DNA from: Asterias rubens
Lineage: Eukaryota
NCBI RefSeq assembly: GCF_902459465.1
Contig: NC_047074.1
Span: 12,958,001-13,022,000 of the forward strand
Direction: 5' to 3'
Length of the DNA: 64,000 bases
Shown here: positions 36,301 to 51,300 of the stretch, one piece after another
How the letters are laid out: each line of letters begins with the position of its first letter
Position numbering within the stretch: position 1 is the stretch's first letter
Notes under the pieces: model-generated
What the model saw: the letters and a program-made list of their open reading frames with translations, nothing else
Told to the model about the DNA's origin: nothing
Database searches by the model: none
Program-made: the position numbers and the translations under genes

Positions 36301-39300
36301 TGGCACCACCAGGGACTGGTAGTCAACGTCAATCTTCCAGGTAGATCTTCATCTAATCCATTTGGAAATAACACCTTACAATTCTGGAGCATGTTTGGGA
36401 ACCTTGGGTTGCCTTGTCCGTAGACCATGCATGACGTAATTTGAGTATGGCGCCCTCACCTAGAGACCAAAGGGAGTTTGTTCATTGGCCAACCCTGTGC
36501 GTTGTGCGAACAAATCTGTGGGTTTTGTTTCCAACATAATTATATCTTCAAATATGTCACATTTCAAGTGAGATAACGGCTTGCATTGATTCATCATCGG
36601 TTCACCTGTAAAAAGAATTCACAAGGTCAATGGGAGACTTTTAGGGACACTAGGCAGCAGCAGACTCACCAGTAAATCCATTCTCGGCAAATATGCGCAT
36701 GCTAAGAATTACGTCAACAATTGAATTTTACATTGCAGGTCTGCTGCCACTTAGCGTTCTTAAGTCTCCCATTACATAACATGCGTGATTGAAAACGAGC
36801 ACCCAAAAATGCTCAAAAAGTTCAGATATGTAAAAACGGGCAATTCATCTGTTTTGACTAGAAGCAGTATTGCACATTTTCTGCAAATAGTGATGCGAGT
36901 AAAGGGAGGAAAGTATTTGAACATTTTGCAAGTTTTTTGTCTATTTTTTATCTACCCAGATGGTGCCTATTTTATCAGCGTACGTGCACTCAATAAGGTG
37001 GAGTTTGGCGGCCCGATGGCACTGACTGTATGCCACAGCATGCCCCTCATCATTGATAACACTCCGCCAATAATTGACAGCATTAGTAACATCACTTATG
37101 AATCATCGATTGGAAGAATTGCATTGCAAGTTAACGCAAGGTGAATTTGTGTTTAGAAAATCTCAGAAGTTTAATTATTCACTGTAAAGTTGTCAATGTT
37201 CAATCTAGTTAATTGCTAGAAATTACTGTACAGTCTACTGACAAATTTTCTCAAAAAAAAAAAAATCTTGAGGTCAGGTGAAATGATTGTTTACTTCTCG
37301 AGAATTAAAGCATTTTAGGACGCACAGCTTTTCTAACCGAGACACAAAAAAAATAACTAGAGTTGGACTGGATTATCTGGATTGACATGCCATGTTTTTA
37401 TCAACTGAGTTTGAGCTATAGTATTAGCGGTCTCACCTAGTTTGGCAATATTGTTGATGGAGCTTTAAGTCACAAGCCATACCATCTGTAACTGCCTTCA
37501 GCCAACTGCATCCAATATAACGATACAATTTGGGAAAACAGCAGCAGAGGGTTAAATTTGAGGTGATGTTTGTTTTTGTGATAACTATCAAGTACTAAAC
37601 CAGAAACAACATTAAATCATTTACAGCGATCCTGATTCTCATCTGTTTGAGTACCACGTGGCAGCCGGAAGATCACCGAGGGATATATCTCTGCATGACT
37701 GGGAAGCCCTCGCTGTTACTCAACAACTCATCATCGACTTCAAGATTCCAAATGGCATACCATGCTGGCTGATCGTCAGAGCTGTCAATAATGGTACTAA
37801 GTTACAGCTAAAAATACACCAGCTTAAGTAGTAGTCCAAGCCAATTCATTATACCTTCCGCCCGGGGAGTAGTAAAATAGCGGGGCATTTGTTTTCAAAA
37901 CTGAGCCGTCTCCCGAACATCCGATAAATCTACTCCGCGGTATAGAATAAAGAAATACAGTTCTCTAAGAACAAACTGTACCTTGCAAGTAGATGGTGTT
38001 ACCGCAAACCAAATATATATTTCAAAATAAACCACATAATATGCAAAGTAAATTGTTGTACTAGGTGCTGGTGTCAATTACAAATAACTGATACCCTATT
38101 GGCATTATCGTGGCAATATACGTAGATGATCAGAGGGTTGGCTGTGTTAAATCCAAGTCACAATCGAACTGCCTGTCATTCTCTTGTATTTTTCCTCTCC
38201 GTAGTTGACCTTCGAACTGTAGAGCATGCTGATGAACCATTATTAGTTGATGACACGCCACCAATTGCTGGAGACTTACTCGACGGACCCTATGCAGGAC
38301 GAGATCTTGTTTTCACTAAAGATAGGAATGAGGTAATCAGGGAATTCCACTAACTTCATATTAATGTTTTGTACAGGGAGACTTCCATCAACATCTTTTG
38401 TATTATTTTGTTAGTTTGTACTACCCTTTCCAGTAAATCTGGTTAACAATTTTGACACACATTACCGTTAAGTTTATGTAGCCAGATAGACCTTTAGTAA
38501 TCTCTGTAGCTAAGAAGTTGTTTAAATGAAGTCTCTTATAACAACACACTTTCATTCCATGTTTCAGTTTGTGTACAAATTTGTCTCCACGACCGTAACT
38601 AAATCAAAGGACTATTTATCTTAAATAAGCCTGGCACAGGTTTAGTATTTTAAACAAAATTGGTCGTTGTCTATTCTATCTGTTAATGTGACGTGTTCAT
38701 TTCTTTAACAGATTTGTGGAAACTGGTACAACTGGTTTGATCCCGAATCTGGAATTTCCTCGTACCTTTGGGCCGTTGGAACCCAACCTCTAACGAGCAA
38801 CGTCGTGAACTTTGTCAAAGTGTCTCGCCGAGAGCATGGGACCTGCTCCGGGTATGTCACCCTCCAGCACGGCGAGACCTACTACTCAACGCTTGTAGCA
38901 TTCCACGGTGGTTATGATAAGTTGAATGTCTCGGCTTCATCAAATGGAGGTGATTTTTTTTCACTGCATTTTATGCTAATCTCAATGCAGATAATGGGAG
39001 ACTTTGAGGCGCTAGGTGGCAGCAGACTTACCAGGAAAATTTCCATTGTTTACGTAGTTCTGAGCATGCGTACATAACCGAGAACAATGGATTTTACCTG
39101 TTAAGTCTGCTGCCACCAAGCGTCCTGACCTCATTAAATTTACTTTGGAAGAAATCTGTATTTTATTTCCGATATTTCATTAATCCTGCCAGACCTTAGC
39201 CTTTACTCAAGGCGCACGCAGCACCCCCTACCCGATGTCAAACACGACATCAGATATCACGCACGAAAAAAGACCAGCGCGAGCGTGTGCCTTGATTAAA

Positions 39301-42300
39301 TAAAGGCTAGCCAGACCCATGCAACTGTATTAGCTACGTGCAGTGTCAGCAGAGAGTGACCCTCATAAAAATTCAAACATTAAATACAAAAAAAATTCTT
39401 ACTCAAATACTTTAAGCAAAACCTTGCCACATAGGAGAAATATGTACAGCTTATTTTCTCGAATGAATTAAAATTCAAGACAATTTAAAAAGAAATAAAT
39501 GGTGGTTCACTTCCTCAAAACTTCTTTGAAAGTTTAGTTTTTTTAAAGTTAAAAACTTTCTCCTATGTTCTGCAAGTGACTGTTGATCTAACTCCACCCG
39601 TCCAAGGAAGCGTCTACGACGGCCTCCTTCCAGGCCCAACGGACCTGGAATTCTCTTCCAAACCAGCCACAGTGTCGGCTCAGTGGCAGGGATTCTCTGA
39701 TCCTGAGTCTGGTATCGAAGACTACCAAGTCACAGTCTACCGTAAACATAGTGACAGGTAGGTCTTGTGAAGAGAAAAAGTCGAAATGTAATGTCTGTTG
39801 TGAAGAGAAGAAGTTGACTAAATTACTGTTGTTTTGGCAAATAGGGACTCCAACCAGCTAGGTTCTACACAGGTAATGGGCAAACCTTAGTCAACCTAAA
39901 ATATGTACAATAAATGTGCGACGGCAGGTTCTTTTGTTTTGCAAATGTATTTAATCCCAGAACAAAAGGTTGTCACATTGACCCCTGTGATAACTTTCTT
40001 GGTTCAAAATATGGATCGGTCTTATATGATAAGTGACGATGATGCAAATCATGAGACGAACTGTATGACGTGCATGACCTCACCCCAGTGAGTGTAAGCT
40101 GGCAAGTGGTGTGGTAGACTAAAAATTCATTCAGACCCCAGTGCAGCGCCTGCAATGTGGTCACTCCTTAACAAGATCTGATCTACTTGTGGTTAAAGGG
40201 GCAGTCTGCTTTAAGCCATGTAAGTCTTTAAAAGTTTTAAACAATGCGACAGTAGGGACAAAACACATTTGTCACAAATGTTTAATTACCTTCAAGACAA
40301 ATGATTGAATACGACATGTCTGATTTTAAATACAAAACACAAGTCAACATAGTTTTTATTTTATTTTTATTCATTTTGTCAGTGAAAATGCAACCAATGA
40401 CTTTGAGGTTATCCATGAAGCCGAGTCAGTTGGTAATGACGTCTCTTTAATCGAGTGGCATCATTTCCATCTACACCACAAGGATCAGGTGTACGTCAAT
40501 CTACGTACAATCAACCAGGCTGTCAATCACATTGATACTCCAACCAATGGATTCCTGGTGGATTTGACTCCTCCTATGCTACGATCCCTTGGAGACGGGC
40601 TTGTTGTTGGACAGGATGCAGACTTCCAGGTTGGTTTATAGAATATTTTGTGAACTCACCAATTTCTACTTCAGTTCTCATTAATGTCTGATTGAGATCC
40701 AATTCTTCCCTAAGGGTAACTGGTGAACTGAATGAACAAATGCTATACATGGTATGTACTTGGGTGTCGTGCACTTGGTTTAAACTCTGGTGGTTAAGTC
40801 ATTAGGGTGTGGGTTCGAGTCCCAGTTACGGTACTTTGTGTCCATGAGCAAGACACTTAACTATACCTCCTGTGTTCATGGGCTGATTAAGCTTGATATG
40901 CTACATATTTGGCAGCACAGGGTGTATCTTTCCAATGGCCCAGTGACCAGGGGTATTTACTGTTGGAGGACCATGAGCGTCACATAGGAACAGTTCAACC
41001 AGAGATCGATTTAACACAAATGTTATAACTGAAATTTACACACAAAGAGATAAGATTGATGTTGAGTTGATCTTAAAGTTTGAATCAATCATAACTGCTA
41101 AGTGAGATGTCACAATACAAATTAATATCTAAATGTTTTAAAGGTAAATCCTGGTGTTTTTGGAAATCAAGCTATGTGCTCGATGTAACCCTAACACACA
41201 AGTTATACGTCTTATGTATATTGCCTTAATTATATTTATCGATTACTACAGACACACAGTGATAGCCTTGCTGTTCACTGGAGCTACTTTGATGACGAAT
41301 CCGGCATTGCTTTGTTTGAGTTGGCTATCTACGAAATGAGACATGGTAAAAAACGAAAGATTTTCCCAGCAGGTAACGTTTTAACTATTATCTTATGACA
41401 AGAACAAACTTTAACAAATCAAAATCAAACCGTTGTATTTGTTTTTAAAGTTTTCATTTAAGAGGGCTATTTGAATTGTCAACCAACAAGATTCAATCAA
41501 CAAGCGCTCAAACCTCGTTTACATAACTTTTTATCCATTTATCTGATGTATGAGCAGTATTTTTTGTCACCTTTCAGACTTGGATCTAAACACACGACAC
41601 TTCCATGGCCTGCCTGTTATTTTTTTTTCATAAAAAAAAACATCGTTAGTGCTTACACAATCATATATAAAGTAATACAAAGACAAAAAAAAATATCCCT
41701 ATTTTGCCAAATTCAAATTCTTACCAATGTATTTCTTCGACTGTTGAGCACCACCTTTTTGTTTCAGACTTGGATCCAAATAGCTTTGAGCCGTTATTAG
41801 ACGTTACTACCGAATCCCACGTGCAAAGTGGATTGTCACTTCGTGCAGGTGCCATCTATATCACACGAATCAAGGCACGAAACCAGGCTAAACTGATAGC
41901 ATCACATGAGACGAGTGGTATCAGGGTAGACCCTACCCCACCTGTGGTAGGTGCATATTGTTATCATCAGACTGCCATCTAATTGACAGTTAGAAATACT
42001 CACTACAATAACTATTTTAAAGATGCAAAATTCCTCACACTTTTTAAGCAGGTCACAACTATTCAACACTTTGTTGAGACCAAAATCTTCTGAACATCAA
42101 TTTAAGCTTTTTTTACCGGTTCATACAACTTTAAAGTAAGTATTGAAAGTTATTGTTAAAACTTAAAATCAAACTTTCCACAGACGTGTTTACGATCCCG
42201 ATCTTGTTTGATGGCAATTAAGCACTTTATGTAACACACCATAAAGTGTAGAAGATTTGGATTGATCGGCCATCTGGGTCACGAGAACATTTTGAAAAAC

Positions 42301-45300
42301 GATAACACATTTTGCATAATGTCAAAAAAAAAATATATATATAAATTTAATTTCAATTTCAATTTTTCAATTTTTGAAGAAAAAAAAACGCTCAATGAGC
42401 AATAAACTCCAAACGGGAATATGACATTTCAGACAGAAATATTTCAAGGGATGTTCTCTTCTATCATAATTATTAGAACGTGGAAGATTTACGTGAATGA
42501 TCTTAGACGAGTTGTTTTTCTTACAAACTCTGTAATGTTCCTTTAACTTTGAAGATGAGATACGTACGAGGTGGGAATCTTGATGGAGGGGCTGAAGAAG
42601 TTATCAATGGATTCTTAATCCAGAACAGCCTCTCTACCATTAAGGCATCTTGGCTTGGAGTTGATGGTCAAAGCGGTATTAAGAACTACTGGGTCGCAGT
42701 TGGAACAGCTTCAAGTAAGACTCAGTGCTTTGAATTTTAGTAGAATTCAAGATCTCTTGAATGAGCTCAAATTGTACAAAGCAAAGTAACATACATGCAA
42801 AATTGTTTTGCTCAAATTGTGCAGAACAAGGCAATTTCTACAAAGGGTAAGTAACACAAAGCTTGGTGGGCTTATGCAATAGAACGATGGACCCCACGAA
42901 TATTTCTTTGTTTAACTATGGAGGAATGTAAAAAAAAAAAAAAAAAAAAAAAACTACCGTTGAAGTCTTTGTCTTGGTGTTTGTTTGAATTTTAGGGATG
43001 TTCGGAGGATTGGTTTTAAAAAAACTGGCCACCTTTGGTAATTGTCAAAGACCAGTCTTCTAACTTGGTGTATCTCAACAAATGCATCAAAAACAAACCT
43101 GTGAAAATTTGATCACAATTGGTCGTCGAAGTTGCGAGAAAAAAAAATGGAAGAAAAAAAACCTTGTCACACGAAGTTGTGTGCTTTCGGATGGTTGATT
43201 TCGAGACCTCACGCGCGACGTAGTGACTTCTTGTTTTCTTGCGAATTAACTTATATTCCATACCATATCCTTTTTATTCCAATTTATCATGGGTCAATTT
43301 AATGAAACTCGTATTTTGAGATTGCATTCAGACATTTTCTAACTCTTTTTCCTTAATGGAGTGTATTATAACTCGACAAGTTGTCACCCATTGTCTTCCT
43401 TATAGATGCTGAAGACATCAAACAGTTCACAGCCCTAGGGCCAACAAGGAATGGTGTCCTGCTGAACCTTGACCTCCAACTCACTGACCAATCAACGTGT
43501 AATGATGAAGAGTTTACTGCGAACTGCCGCCCTGTCTATTACGTATGCGTGAAAGGCGAGAATGGTGCGGGTGCGTTCAGTGACGTCTATTGCTCCTCGC
43601 CAATCAGAATCGTAGAAGAGGATCAGACAGGTGTGTGAATTATAAGCAAACACTAATCGCCGAGGGAGGTTTGCGAAGCTGCATCGTGCAAAATGGGCTT
43701 TATTCAACTCATATCAATCAATTTAATCTTTCACATCTTTTGAGATGTAAAAGATTAAATTGATTAAAAGTTCACGAAATTGTTGACAATTATACTTAAA
43801 AGTATAATTGTCAACAATTTCGTGAATTGCAAGACACTATAAACGGTTTGTACCCTCTTTTCCAAATTGCAGGAAACTGCAACTTCATGTTCAAACATTT
43901 TATTCATATCTTGTTTAGTATAACTTGTTCTTCGATGTTGTCCATAATAGGTTATATAACAGACGGACCAACCATGTTTCAAGATACAGACTATCAGCAT
44001 GAGAGAACAACTGTTACTATTTGGTTCGATAATTTTGAGGTAAAATTTTGATGCATAATAACATGTTTATGTGTAAATTTGAGGTTTACAAAAAGTATAC
44101 TTTTACTATAAAAAAAGTTTCTCCTCTAGTTTTATATATCAAATTCTTATATAGCGCATTTCACAATAACCGTATCAATGCTCTTTACATTAGTGCCCTG
44201 GTCATGGGGCCAATAACATCCCTGTAATGTTTCTCAGCTCCCTTGGGAGTATACAGCCCTGAGCTGTCTGTAAGGCGTTTGTGGCTTTTTCATACACCAC
44301 AATATCAACCTCGCAGGTACCCATTTATACCCCTGGGTGAAGAGAAGCAATTATAGTAAAGTATCTTGCTCAAGGACACAAGTGTCACGACCAAGATTCG
44401 AACCCACACTCCGATGAATCAGCACCAGAACTTGAATTCGATGCTCTTAACCACTCGGCCATGACACTCTACTAGTTATGATGTGAACAATTTAAAATAG
44501 TTGTTTATTTTTACAGAGCCAGTTGCATGGTATATCTTCCTATGAGTGGGCAGTCGGTACGACCCCTGGAGGAGAGGACATTCAACCGTTGACCTCAGAT
44601 GGAGTAGTGCCCGGAAGTGACCCTGATGTACCAGGTAATCGTATCCGGCTGCTTGATATTCTTCTTCTTGTAAAACTAACTTTGACAAATGATGTGCTTG
44701 GCATCAATGTATGTATCAAATTAAAAGACCACTGTGACGCTATACAGTTTCAAGTCAAGATTTCTTTCTTTCTACTTATCTTGTGTGTTCAACATCTTAC
44801 ATAGATAAGCAAAACAATAAGCACAGAGGATGGATGGAAAATAGTTACTCTATGGTAACAAAAATAAAGAGAGTCTGTCAGATTAAGCCGATCTTGTAGA
44901 AGACAGTCTAGGTTGGTTTAACCTTGCTCAAGGCAGTCGCATTATTCACTCCTACAAGACGCCGCTGTAAACCCACCTGTATACACTGTGCTTACTGTGT
45001 GTATTCACACCGCACGACCCAACCGTCATACACTGTCACATCGCTCAACGCACGACGCACGACTACTGTGCACCAGTCATCCGCACTCGTACCACTAACC
45101 CGCATGCGGAGGCCGCTAGTCGACGCATGCGGATAGCGTACGGGGGCGTCGTGTTACGCATAGTGTATACGGGTGGGTTTTTATACAGCGGTCTTTTTTT
45201 TATACAGCGGTCTTTTTTCGGAGTGAATAATTCGACTGCCTTGAGCAAGGCTAAGGTAGGTAGACTACAAAGGAATCAAGAAAAACAGGTGACAAAATTA

Positions 45301-48300
45301 TTTTCATGTGTTTTATATTTTGTGTTTAACAGGTCTTGCTGGCCAGGGTAAGGCACAGTCTCCACTTCCTCTCCAGCATGGTGTGACGTATTACAGCACT
45401 GTCCGTGCCATCACCAATGGTGACAGTGTCTTAGAAACTGTCTCCAATGGTTTTACAGTAGATGTTACACCGCCAAACATTAACATCACTGACTTTGGTC
45501 AATATGATACAACTGTTGATTTGGTGAGTGGAAGTGAGATTCAGAATTGAAAACAAAACTCGTAATTTATTGATCTTTTGTTGTGTATTGTTAAATGTTT
45601 TGTTTGAAACTTACACAAAAGTTACTTCTCTGTTTTATAAAACAATTTAAAAATCATTAAGCTTGTTAGTTATGAGGACCTTTCTTTTTCGGCTGTTTTA
45701 TTTGTTGCAAATTTCTTTAGGGCTTTGGTGGTGTCAAACTCTATCAATTCACCGATGATTTTATCGATGCCAAGTGGAATGTGGAAGACTCAGAAAGTAA
45801 CCTCATTGCAACATACTTTTCCGTGGGACAGTATGCAGGAGCTAGTGATGTGTTTCTTCAGACACAAACTAAAAAATCATACGTTCCGTCGGGTTTGGTA
45901 ACCCCTGCGTACAAAGGTGATTTAATTTAAAAAATTAAATATATAACAATCCTGTCCTCTAGAAACATTGTATGTCTCGAACAAGTTCATTTAGGCAGAT
46001 TATTTTGTCTTGCCTTAAATATTGCGCTGATGAAGTAAGCGTTGTTTTGAAATTCCTACTATATATCTTAGCATGGTGTCCCTGTTAATGTTCATGTGTG
46101 TGACCTCTTTAAGAAAAATTACAACACTGCTAGTAACTGGGATTTTTTTTTTTTATGTCAGGTTTGCCGAATATTCTGACTGTCCATGCCATCAACAGTG
46201 TTGGACTGAAGCAAACAGTTTATACTACCAGTTTAACTGTAGATACCACACCGCCAGGTGCTGGTCAGGTATGTATCCTGAGTGCAAACTATTCAACCAT
46301 TGGACATGCAGGAACAGCTGCACGGGTTGTTCATAGGCCCTTTTGTAATCCACAGATTCAGCTCAGGCTAACTTGGCCCCGTGGTTGTTTTGAAAATTGC
46401 ACGTGCTTTGCGTATGCGCTCAGGGCTTTAGACGCAAAAACGAAACCTGAAGCCGAAGCGGTTCAAAAAGGTGCCATAGAGTTAAGAGCTGTCCTAATGG
46501 CTTATACTTTGTCTCTCTCTCTGCCAGGTCATGTGCCCATCTTTCTTACACGCAAACAGCGCCCTCAAGTGCAGCTGGACTGATTTCCTGGATGGCGAGT
46601 CAGGAATTGAGTCTGTAAGGTTTCGTGTCGGGACTGCAGAGGGTCTGAATGATGTGTTTATGTCGGACAAATTACCTGGCTATATGACGCACTACAGTGC
46701 CACAGGTAAGAACAATAAAGATAAATTTTTGTTGTACTATAATTTTCCTTAATTGGGTATTCTGCCAACACCGTCTTACCTTTGAATAAATCACAAATTT
46801 GTTTTCATGAAACAATTGCTTTTCTTGTCTGTGTTTGTTATTTGAACTTTGTTGTTTGTGCTTAAACTCGGCAACCCTGTCTAGACAATATGATGCTTTA
46901 ATAAGAAGGATATTTGATTATTATTGTTATTTTTTTCAGATTTAGACTTGATGCATAACAAACTGTACTATGTCACCATTGAGGCTTTTAACGCAGTCAG
47001 CCAAAGTACATTCGCCTTCTCTGAACCCATTGAAATCGATGACACCCCGCCCTCACATGGTGTTGTGGTGGAACTTCCTGGTGTTCATAAATTGAGCCAG
47101 AACGATCTAGAGAGGCAGCCAAGCTGGGATTGCAGTAACATGGATAACTGCTTAGAGCTGGATGGAGAGTGTTTGGAGTCCATCACCCAGATTCAGATCC
47201 TCTGGGAACCCTTCAAAGATGAAGATACTCGGATCTCTAAATATGAAGTAGCATTAGGCACCACACCGGGAGGAACTCAGATCAAATCGTTCTATGAGGT
47301 GGATAGGTACCAGACTTCAGAGCTTATAACCAATCTTGATTTAAGTGATGTGCGAAGAGTCTATGCGTCAGTGAGAGGGTACAATAAAGCTGGTTTGACC
47401 AGCACGGCAGTCTCAAATGGCATCTTCGTCAGTCGATTTAGTGCAGGACTTCAGCCGCTAAGACCTTTCACAATCAAAGATGGAGTCACTTCTAATGACC
47501 TCAAAGACCGGGACTTTCAGACATCTTTGAATGAACTAAGTGCTTCTTGGGACTTCAGTGGAGACCCTTGTCCAATCAGGGAGTACGAGTGGGCTATTTA
47601 TAGAATTGACGAAGTGGAAATTCAGCCGTTGACAGATGTGGGAGGTATCTATTAAAACCAACCTTTTATGAGTTGGGATAAAATACTTCCTGTCAAATTT
47701 GGCCTTAAAAATAAAGTTAACAATTTGATTGTTTGTAGAAGCTTAGGACAAACCCTTTCTACTACTTCCAATCCCTTTACCCCACGCTGTACCTTTTGTA
47801 TTCGTGTTTTTCTTGTTTTATTTTATATGTTGGCCAAAAACACCGACATTTAATCTTTCTTTGGATACATTCAGCGTTACCTGGTTTTATGCTGGCGGAT
47901 GGTTTACTAAGTATACAATGTTTTTGATTCAAATACACTTTTTAACACAGACCGTACTTCAGGTACAAACACATTCATTGAAATGATGGACGGCGAGACC
48001 TACTACACCGTGGTGCGGGCAACCAACGCTCTGAACATACCCATCACACTCCGCTCTGATGGAATCACCGTGAAACGAGACCCACTGATACCTGGTCAAG
48101 TTTACGATGGTCTCCTTGCAGGCTTTGATCTAACCTACCAGAAAGAAACTGACACCATATCGGCAAGCTGGAGTGGCTTTGGTCAAGGAATGCCCATACA
48201 GGAGACTGTTGAATATACAGGTAAATTCCTGGTCACTAAAGCCCTTTTCACACGACAGACATAACAAGGGTCCCTTGCGAAATTTTAGCATGTTGCGAAG

Positions 48301-51300
48301 TTTTATGGACACTGGTTTGAGCACAAAGGCCACACTGAGACATTATGTCGTTCATTGAATTGTTATTTAACATACTTAACATTTTTTTCTGGTATAACTT
48401 AAGGGAATGCTGAGATGATCAAAGACCATGTTACAGAACAGGCTGTTGACTATTACGAGGTTGCAGTGGGCACCGATCGTCGCTACCCAAAGACTAGAGA
48501 CAACACAGTACCCTTCACTAATGTTGGTCAGAACACATCGGTCACCTTCAATAACCTTGATCTACAGGCTGCTACGTACTATGTGACGGTCAAAGGTCAT
48601 AGTGCAAGCTTCTCTGCTGCTGAGGTCACGTCAAGTGGGATAACTGCTGGTGTGGATAGTGAAGTTTTTGGTTAGTTGGTGTTCGTCCAGTATTCCTTTC
48701 CACTTTGCTGTATTTTTACATTGTTAACTTTGATTCTGCAGGCATTAGTTTTAGTCAATTTTCATAATAGTCATTTCTTGGCATTTTGATAAAGGAACGA
48801 TCCGATTATTTTAAATAGCGCAGAATTTGTTAAAAGGTCAGATCAATTTTGTTTTTGTCCAACCAGCTACGGAGGTTAAAATGCCAGAGTTCGTCAATTC
48901 ACTCTCCGAAGTCAAACTCCAATGGGAAGAATTCGACTCGACCTTCCCCATCCTACTCTACTATGTCGGCCTGGGCAATGCCGCTTCGGCTACTGTGTCA
49001 CCAGAGAACATGGACTGTTTGGACATGCTTCTAGCAACGGATGAAGCCAAGACTACGTTTAATGAAAGAAAGATGCATTTTATTGGCAAGGATACCTATC
49101 AGGAGATCAAAGGACTGAGTCTTGAGCAAGAAGGTTCATACTTCGTGACGGTTCTTGGTGAGTTATACTTCATTGTAAACTAACGTCTTTCCTTGCAGTC
49201 GTTCCCAAGTCACTCATTGGTTTATGTTGGTGTATTGGGGGTTTGGGAAACCCTTTGTGGGGTATTTTCCACAATATTGAACGATGGACCCCACAATGGA
49301 ACCCATTGTTCAAACTAGACCCCACAAGAAAATTATTACATCTTCATTATTCAAGCAGTGAATGATTCCAATAAAGCATTTTTATGTTTAAATCTTTTTC
49401 TATTTAAGGAATGAACGAAGGAGGGCAGTGTAACTCTTCTACTAGTCACTTCTCGGTTGATATTACTCCGCCCATTGAGGGGCGCCTTCGTGCTGGACCT
49501 TTCTATGGCATGGTCAGTATTTTTGACAATGATCAAAGTTATCTTAAATAATAGCGGAAGCAATATTTTGATATATAAGTGCAGATACATAAAGGATATG
49601 ACGAAGTAAAAAATATATCCTTTATTACGAAACCCTTCTTCATTATCGACCCGCACAGAGAAGGTTGCAACATTTGGGTTTAACTATTATACTATTTTAT
49701 TCATTTCCCCACCATATCCCAATTAAAATAATAGAAGTTTAATAAATCCAGCACAGTTGCCATTTGAAATTGTATTTTCAAATTACATCAGATCAAATGA
49801 TACAGCGGGTCGCTGGATTGAGGGCTCACCATTCATTATTATTTTTAATTTGTTTTTAAAGACTACTCTTCACAGTTGGTGTATCTCAACCTATGCATAA
49901 AATAACAAGCCTGTGAAAATTTGAGCTCAATCGGTCGTCGAAGTTGCGAGATAATAATGAAATAAAAAAACACCCTTGTGATGCTTGATCAGATGCTTGA
50001 TTTCGAGACCTCAAATTATAAATCTGAGGTCTCGAAATCAAATTCGTGGAAAATTACTTCTTTCTCAAAACTACATTACTTCAGAAGGACTGAGCCGTTT
50101 CTCACAATGTTTTATACCATCAACCTCTCCCCATAATCCCCCTCTCCTTGTAATCAAGTAAGGTTTTATGATAATAATTATTTTGAGTATGGGTACTTCT
50201 ATTTTGGAGAATGGTTATTTCACCGAATACCTAAAACAATTAAAATTTGAATCAAAAACAGTTTGTGCTGAAATATTCTTTCATTTTGACTCCTATCAAT
50301 GCTATTATTTTGTTTTCGTGACAGCTGGTGACTTACACAGCAAGCACCGAGTCCATTCATGCGGTATGGGAGGACTACATAGATGAAGAAAGTGGAATTA
50401 AATCCTTCAATATCCGTCTTCTAGAGGCTGCCTCTTGTAGAGTGGAAGACAGCGGTAACCTAACTTCAGTTCCTGGTCAGGAATGGATGGTTCTTGGCCC
50501 GGGTATCTCAGAGTTTACGTATGTAGAGTTGAGTTTAGTGGTACGTTGGTGTGTTTTTCCTCTCCACCTTATATCTTTACCAAACAGTATTTGAACTTAG
50601 ATTAGAGCAAAATGTTTTTGTTTAAATGCTCGCATGCTTGGGCAAATGTTCAAATGCAAACACAAACGACACGGTCAGTCTTGTCTAATTATACTGAAAC
50701 TATGATAGCATTAATAACTGATCTTTAAAAAGAGTTTCCCTTGCTGTTTAGACGCAAAAAAAAAATGGTTGGTCTTGTCTGATTAAACTGAAGTATGATA
50801 AGAACCAAAAATGGATCAGCTATGGATCTCATTAAAAGTCAATAAGCTTTCCTTGCTGTAGACTAAATCGTCATCATGTTATTCTCCTAAACCAACCACC
50901 CGTATTGACTTTGGTTGACTTTGTGTCTGATTAATAATAATGTTGCTGTTACTCAAGAAATAATAAGAAAAGCTAATAATATATCTCGTATTGCCTTGCT
51001 GTACTAAATTGTTACAAATTTGTTCTTGTCCTAGACCAACCACCCGTATTTTGTTGAGCTAAAAGCCGTGAACCGTGCAGGGGATGGCACTGCAACCAAA
51101 GTAGGACCAATCTTTGTGGATCTATCACAGCCCAGTTCTGGATTGGTTGTGGATGGAGACGACTTCATGATGGACCTGACTGATGCGTATAGTAGAAGCC
51201 AAGTCACTGGTGAGTACAGAACGAATCCTTAAGATTGTAATCTATTCATTTTATGTTGAACTATATGGTGACAGAAAAAGTTTCTGAAATGGCATGAACT

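Noticed and set aside
44380-44467. tRNA-like sequence with A and B boxes (also 61075-61120 and 32553-32630)
   Set aside because: SINE heads: they continue into SINE bodies and tails and lack an intact cloverleaf.
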